The notes below the pieces were generated by a model. That model made no database searches. It was not told where the DNA came from and saw nothing but the letters and a program-made list of their open reading frames with translations. A stretch of 53,148 nt of DNA, taken from the NCBI GenBank assembly GCA_049660965.1, contig JBASZP010000348.1, positions 1-53,148 on the forward strand. Direction: 5' to 3'. Both the position numbers and the translations under genes were made by a program. This stretch comes from Daejeonella sp. (lineage in GTDB: Bacteria > Bacteroidota > Bacteroidia > Sphingobacteriales > Sphingobacteriaceae). Below, in pieces: positions 48,365 to 53,148 of this stretch (its first letter is position 1; every line of letters starts with the position of its first letter).

Positions 48365-48580
48365 TTAGCTGTTTTTCTTTGCATGGTCTGCAAGGTTTAT
48401 ACCGCTTTCCGTACTTTTATCTTCCAGGTTTAACAGGATGATGATAGAAATTACTGGTATAATAAAAGATATCCAAAACCAGAACCAGAATTTTCTGCCC
48501 ATACTTCTCGCCAATAATCCGGCAATAAGTTGAGGGAAAAACAAGAGAAAGATTACAATTGGAAGTAAGACAATTTCCAT
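48365..48580 (-). CDS. Small hypothetical membrane protein
   Basis: 71 aa, 2 TM helices, ARSMGRKFWFWF; 9 nt downstream of tsaD. Confidence 0.75.
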   Translation of the reverse strand: MEIVLLPIVIFLLFFPQLIAGLLARSMGRKFWFWFWISFIIPVISIIILLNLEDKSTESGINLADHAKKNS

Positions 48581-48589
48581 TTGAGTGGC

Positions 48590-49591
48590 TTAAAAATTCA
48601 TTCTTGCTAATGGCGCTACATCCTGGCCAACAAAATCTTTATTTAAAAACTTATAATAACCGGCAATAGCGATCATTGCTGCATTATCTGTACAATACTC
48701 AAATTTAGGGATAAAAACATTCCAATTGTATTGTACAGCTGCATCTGTTAAAGCATTGCGTAATCCCAAATTGGCAGAAACGCCACCTGCTATGGCAATA
48801 TCTTTTATGTGATACTGTTGGGCGGCTTTTTTTAACTTATTAAGTAGAATCGTAATGATACGATGTTGAACAGATGCGCAAATATTATTCAGATTATGAA
48901 CTAAAAAATCAGGATTTTCTTTCAATCGGTTTCTTACAAAATATAGAATAGATGTTTTTAATCCGCTAAAGCTAAAATCTAAACCAGCTATCTGCGGTTC
49001 GGGGAATTGAAAAGCATTTGGATTTCCTAACTGGGCGTATTTATCAATTAAGGGCCCGCCGGGATATGGTAAACCTAAAATTTTTGCTGTTTTGTCAAAT
49101 GCTTCCCCTGCGGCATCATCAGTTGTCTGGCCAATAATTTCCATGTCAAAATAATCTTTAACTAACACCAGTTGCGTATGTCCGCCGGAAACGGTTAAAC
49201 AAATAAATGGAAATGAAGGGCTTTTATCCTCTATAAAATGTGCAAGAATATGGGCCTGCATGTGATTAACTTCAATTAATGGTAGTTTATTAGCTAAAGC
49301 AAATGCTTTTGCGAATGAGGTTCCCACTAAAAGCGAGCCTAATAAACCCGGACCACGGGTAAAAGCTATGGCATCAACATCATTTTTATGTATTTTTGCA
49401 AGCGAAATTGCATGATCTACAGTTGGTATAATATTTTGCTGATGTACTCTTGATGCAAGTTCAGGTACCACACCCCCGTAATATTGATGCACTAACTGAC
49501 TGGCAATAACATTAGAATGAATTTTGCCGTTAATACAAATTGCAGCGCAGGTATCATCACAGGATGATTCTATTCCGAGGATTATGGCCAA
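48590..49591 (-). CDS. tsaD: tRNA N6-threonylcarbamoyltransferase
   Basis: GIESSCDDT, GGVVPELASR, HMQAH, SGGHT and DNAAMIA motifs; TTG start. Confidence 0.98.
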   Translation of the reverse strand: MAIILGIESSCDDTCAAICINGKIHSNVIASQLVHQYYGGVVPELASRVHQQNIIPTVDHAISLAKIHKNDVDAIAFTRGPGLLGSLLVGTSFAKAFALANKLPLIEVNHMQAHILAHFIEDKSPSFPFICLTVSGGHTQLVLVKDYFDMEIIGQTTDDAAGEAFDKTAKILGLPYPGGPLIDKYAQLGNPNAFQFPEPQIAGLDFSFSGLKTSILYFVRNRLKENPDFLVHNLNNICASVQHRIITILLNKLKKAAQQYHIKDIAIAGGVSANLGLRNALTDAAVQYNWNVFIPKFEYCTDNAAMIAIAGYYKFLNKDFVGQDVAPLARMNF

Positions 49592-49634
49592 TTTTTATAA
49601 TTAATTAACGTTATCTAAAATAAAACACAAAAGT

Positions 49635-52600
49635 ATCAAAAAACTATTCAAAGCAATATTATGGACGCTGTTAACATTAGTGTTGTTAATAGCATCTTTT
49701 ATATTTTCATTACAATTTAAACCGGTACAAACGTATGTCGCTAAAAAGGTGGCAAGCTATTTATCGGGCGAATTGAAAACGAAGGTTGAGGTTGGTAGTT
49801 TATATATAAAACCATTTAAATCATTGGTTTTAGAGGGTTTATATATTGAGGATCAGAAAAAAGACACCTTATTTTACTCTAAAAGTTTTACAGTTGATTT
49901 AAATCTCCTATCGCTAAAACTGCGCAAAATATCTGTAAATACAGTAAAAATGGATGATGGTAAGTTTTATTTGAAAAGGTATACTGATAAAACAACCAAC
50001 CTGGCATTTATTATTAACTATTTTAATACCGGAAAACCAAACCAGAAGAAGAAACCCGGTAAACCCTATGATATTACATTTGATAAAATAATTCTAAATA
50101 ACATCACTTTCAGGTATAGAAATTTTAATAATACCACTATTATTAATGGTATAAACTTTAATGATCTTGATCTGCGCAACTTAAATTCAACTATTGTGGG
50201 TTTAGATACTAAAACTCATTTATTAAAAGCTGATTTTAAAAACCTGACATTTAAGGAGAAAAGCGGTTTTTATTTAAAGAATTTAACCACAAACGCTATT
50301 ATAGATAAAGATCAGATGGAGTTTAAGGAATTAATGCTCGAAACACCTGATACACGACTTACAGATTACTTTTTAATGAAGTACTCCAGCTTTAAGGATT
50401 TCCAGAAGTTTGTTGATAAGGTTTACATAAAAGCACATTTCAATAATGCCCGTTTAAACTCCCGTGATATTGCTTTTTTTGCACCTAAGGCTGTGGGTAA
50501 AGCGAATATGCAATTAGATGTAGATGGTTTTGCAAGCGGTTATGTTAAAGATTTAAAAGCAAAAGATTTAGCTCTCAAAACCGGGCAGGCAACTTATTTA
50601 AAAGGCGATTTTGAGATTAAAGGTCTGCCTGATATTAAAACCACTTTATTGAATCTAAAATTTGATCACTTAGCCACTAACAAAAAAGACATTGATTATT
50701 TATTAGCAAAATTTAGCAGCAATAAAAAAGTAATAATTCCTGCAATTGCCGGAAAATTTGGGGACATAAGTTTTAAAGGGAATTTCAAAGGTTTTATTAC
50801 TAATTTTTCTACAGATGGGGAATTTAAAACCCGTTTAGGCCGCATAATTTCAGATATTGAATTTAAAACGGATAAAAATAACAATCCCTTTTACAAGGGT
50901 AAAATCCAAACTTTTGATTTCAATTTAGGCGATTTATTAAACCAGAAAACTCTGGGCAGAACTACTCTTACAGCAAATATTGATGGTAGTGGTTTTAAGC
51001 TCAATAAATTAAAACAACAGATAGAAACTAAGGTTGCTTATTTTGATTTTAAAGGATATCGTTACACAAATATTGAATTAAACGGCGAGTTTTATAATAA
51101 GCTTTTTGATGGCCAGATGAAAATAAATGACCGGAATATTAAGCTTGATTTTAAGGGCGAAGTAGATTTAAACCCTCAATTACCTGTGTTTAATTTCAAC
51201 GCAATTGTTCGTAATGCTAATCTGAATGCTTTAAAACTCACTAAAGATACCTTACAAATTGATGCTGATTTTAATACTAACTTCTCCGGAAATAATTTAA
51301 GTAATATTCAGGGAAGAATAGATATTAATAAAGTACGTTTTACAAGCAGGCAAAAAACATATATCATGAATTCTGTTGCGGTAGTCGCAGAAGGTATAGG
51401 CGTAAAACGTTTACTAACTGTCCGGTCTGATATTCTGGATGCCAGCATAGAAGGCGATTATGATCTGAATACTTTACCTTCTTATTTTAAAACAATTGTT
51501 AAAAGATACGTTCCCTCATTACAATTGAGCATTGTAAAACCCCGGAATCAAAATTTTGAGTTTAAACTCAACATGAAATACTTTGAACCATTAAGTTTAT
51601 TATTAAATATTCCAAAACTAAAAATCTCAGATCAGTTTAGCTTAAATGGTAAATTCGTTTCATCAGAAAACGTAGCAACATTAAGCGGTTATGCAAAACT
51701 TATTGAATATGATAAAATTAAAATTCATAACCTGATTGTTGATGAGAACGCTACAGCTGATAATTTAAACTTGTTTATCACTTCAGATCGTGTTGATTTA
51801 ACAGACAGTCTTTTCATCAAAAATGTCAATATTGCAAACACGCTTAAAAATGACAGCCTGAGTTTAAACATTAAACTTTCTGATAAAGACGCTGTCAATC
51901 AGCTCGATTTAAACTCCCTGGTAGAATTTAGTTCACAAGCCGATAGTGCAATAAAACTAAGCCTCTTACCATCCGATGTAATTATTAATAATGAGGTCTG
52001 GAGAATACAGGAACAAGTACGGATAAAATTTGATGTGGGTAAGAAACCCGGGGATAAATTTAGTTTACTACGACGAACTCAAATTGAAGGTTTTCAATTA
52101 TTCCGTGATAATCAAATTCTGACTATTGATGGATTTATATCTAAAAATCCTGAAGACGAATTACTTCTGGGCTTTAATAAATTTAAATTGACCACATTTA
52201 ATACCCTCACAAAAAGTCTGGGTATTAGCTTATCAGGAACATTAAACGGAAATGCAAAACTATCTGCTATTGGTAAAACCCCGCGGGTAGATGCTGCTTT
52301 AACTATAGACTCTCTAAAATATAATGCTATTACTATTGGTGATTTAAAACTTGCTGCTAACCTTGATAATAAAACCAAGCTGATTGATGTGAAAATGGAC
52401 ATTTTTAATCAGGGTGAAAAAACGCTGGATATAAGTGGTACCTATAATTCTGCCGTTGAAAAAAACAATTTAGATATAGATGTTATTATGAAAGATAACC
52501 AGCTTATTCTCTTTCAGCCTTTCATAAAAAAATTAGTATCAAATTTAAAAGGTACAGTATCATCTGAGTTAAAGGTTACAGGTGAGCTAAAAAATCCTAA

Positions 52601-53148
52601 AATCAAGGGCACATTAAGTTTAAAAGATGCGGAACTAACTGTTAATTATTTAAAAACCCCTTATCACATTACTGACAAGGTAACTGTAGATAACAGTATC
52701 ATTACTCTTAAAAATCTAATTATAAAAGATATTAATAATAACGAAGCCAAGGTAAACGGAACAGTAGATATGGGTAATCCTAATAATCCGGATATTAATA
52801 TAAATATAGCGGCCACTAATTTTATGGCGCTGAATACTACTGCGAAAGACAACCCGCTATATTATGGAAGGGCATTTGGCACAGGCCGGTTTACTTTTAA
52901 TGGCCCAACAAACAATATGCGCATTAATATTGCCGCAAAAACTGAAGACGGAACAGTTTTTAATATCCCGCTAAATTCCTCAACTAAGATCACGGATAAA
53001 GATTTTATCACTTTTGTAACCAAAGATTCTACATTAAATGATAAAAAAATATCTTCATTTAACGGGCTTACCATGAATTTTGATCTGGAGGTAAACGAAA
53101 AATCGGAAGTAAATATTTTAACCCAGTTAGGTAAACTTACCGGTAGAG
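49635..53148 (+). CDS. tamB: Translocation/assembly module TamB family protein, 3'-partial (not in ORF track); start uncertain
   Basis: Frame opens at 49605: IKKLFKAILWTLLTLVLLIASFIFSLQFKPVQT... The window ends in the same frame (...LGKLTGR). Divergent from tsaD; long beta-rich protein. Confidence 0.85.
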   Translation, partial: MKKLFKAILWTLLTLVLLIASFIFSLQFKPVQTYVAKKVASYLSGELKTKVEVGSLYIKPFKSLVLEGLYIEDQKKDTLFYSKSFTVDLNLLSLKLRKISVNTVKMDDGKFYLKRYTDKTTNLAFIINYFNTGKPNQKKKPGKPYDITFDKIILNNITFRYRNFNNTTIINGINFNDLDLRNLNSTIVGLDTKTHLLKADFKNLTFKEKSGFYLKNLTTNAIIDKDQMEFKELMLETPDTRLTDYFLMKYSSFKDFQKFVDKVYIKAHFNNARLNSRDIAFFAPKAVGKANMQLDVDGFASGYVKDLKAKDLALKTGQATYLKGDFEIKGLPDIKTTLLNLKFDHLATNKKDIDYLLAKFSSNKKVIIPAIAGKFGDISFKGNFKGFITNFSTDGEFKTRLGRIISDIEFKTDKNNNPFYKGKIQTFDFNLGDLLNQKTLGRTTLTANIDGSGFKLNKLKQQIETKVAYFDFKGYRYTNIELNGEFYNKLFDGQMKINDRNIKLDFKGEVDLNPQLPVFNFNAIVRNANLNALKLTKDTLQIDADFNTNFSGNNLSNIQGRIDINKVRFTSRQKTYIMNSVAVVAEGIGVKRLLTVRSDILDASIEGDYDLNTLPSYFKTIVKRYVPSLQLSIVKPRNQNFEFKLNMKYFEPLSLLLNIPKLKISDQFSLNGKFVSSENVATLSGYAKLIEYDKIKIHNLIVDENATADNLNLFITSDRVDLTDSLFIKNVNIANTLKNDSLSLNIKLSDKDAVNQLDLNSLVEFSSQADSAIKLSLLPSDVIINNEVWRIQEQVRIKFDVGKKPGDKFSLLRRTQIEGFQLFRDNQILTIDGFISKNPEDELLLGFNKFKLTTFNTLTKSLGISLSGTLNGNAKLSAIGKTPRVDAALTIDSLKYNAITIGDLKLAANLDNKTKLIDVKMDIFNQGEKTLDISGTYNSAVEKNNLDIDVIMKDNQLILFQPFIKKLVSNLKGTVSSELKVTGELKNPKIKGTLSLKDAELTVNYLKTPYHITDKVTVDNSIITLKNLIIKDINNNEAKVNGTVDMGNPNNPDININIAATNFMALNTTAKDNPLYYGRAFGTGRFTFNGPTNNMRINIAAKTEDGTVFNIPLNSSTKITDKDFITFVTKDSTLNDKKISSFNGLTMNFDLEVNEKSEVNILTQLGKLTGR

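Noticed and set aside
50696..53074. Four short minus-strand ORFs
   Set aside because: Antisense to the long tamB frame

Overview
This is a Bacteroidota chromosomal window, probably Sphingobacteriaceae/Pedobacter-like. Taxonomy and family calls come from recognising proteins and motifs by eye; no searches were run. Bases 1 to ~24.5 kb are the right part of a CTnDOT/ICEEa-type integrative conjugative element. Its envelope-modification cargo comprises a CPBP protease, an LmtA-like methyltransferase, two PAP2 phosphatases, an Omp85 pseudogene, TSUP, a PepSY-like protein, a TonB-dependent receptor, an HD protein and EamA, ending in rteC. The backbone follows: methylase-helicase, DUF1896, an inserted AraC-DHFR unit, ORF6N, topB, DUF3945, two Xis-like HTH genes and a second rteC. 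The remainder is host DNA: an AT-rich islet, nrdJ, the XrtN system, ECF/anti-sigma/fasciclin, a GbsR-type operon, an unknown gene with rtcB-prfH, nth, recA, tsaD and a partial tamB. Four signals stand out. (1) A 4-copy direct-repeat box with 11-bp period sits at fixed spacing to cargo promoters, and the last operon runs into rteC, suggesting envelope-stress-coupled ICE mobilisation. (2) Arrays of 4x TGGC at 10-bp period sit at identical spacing to two ICE backbone promoters. (3) A candidate 14-aa leader peptide precedes the rtcB-prfH operon. (4) The AraC-DHFR unit has integron-cassette-like borders. Several single-lesion pseudogenes are also present.
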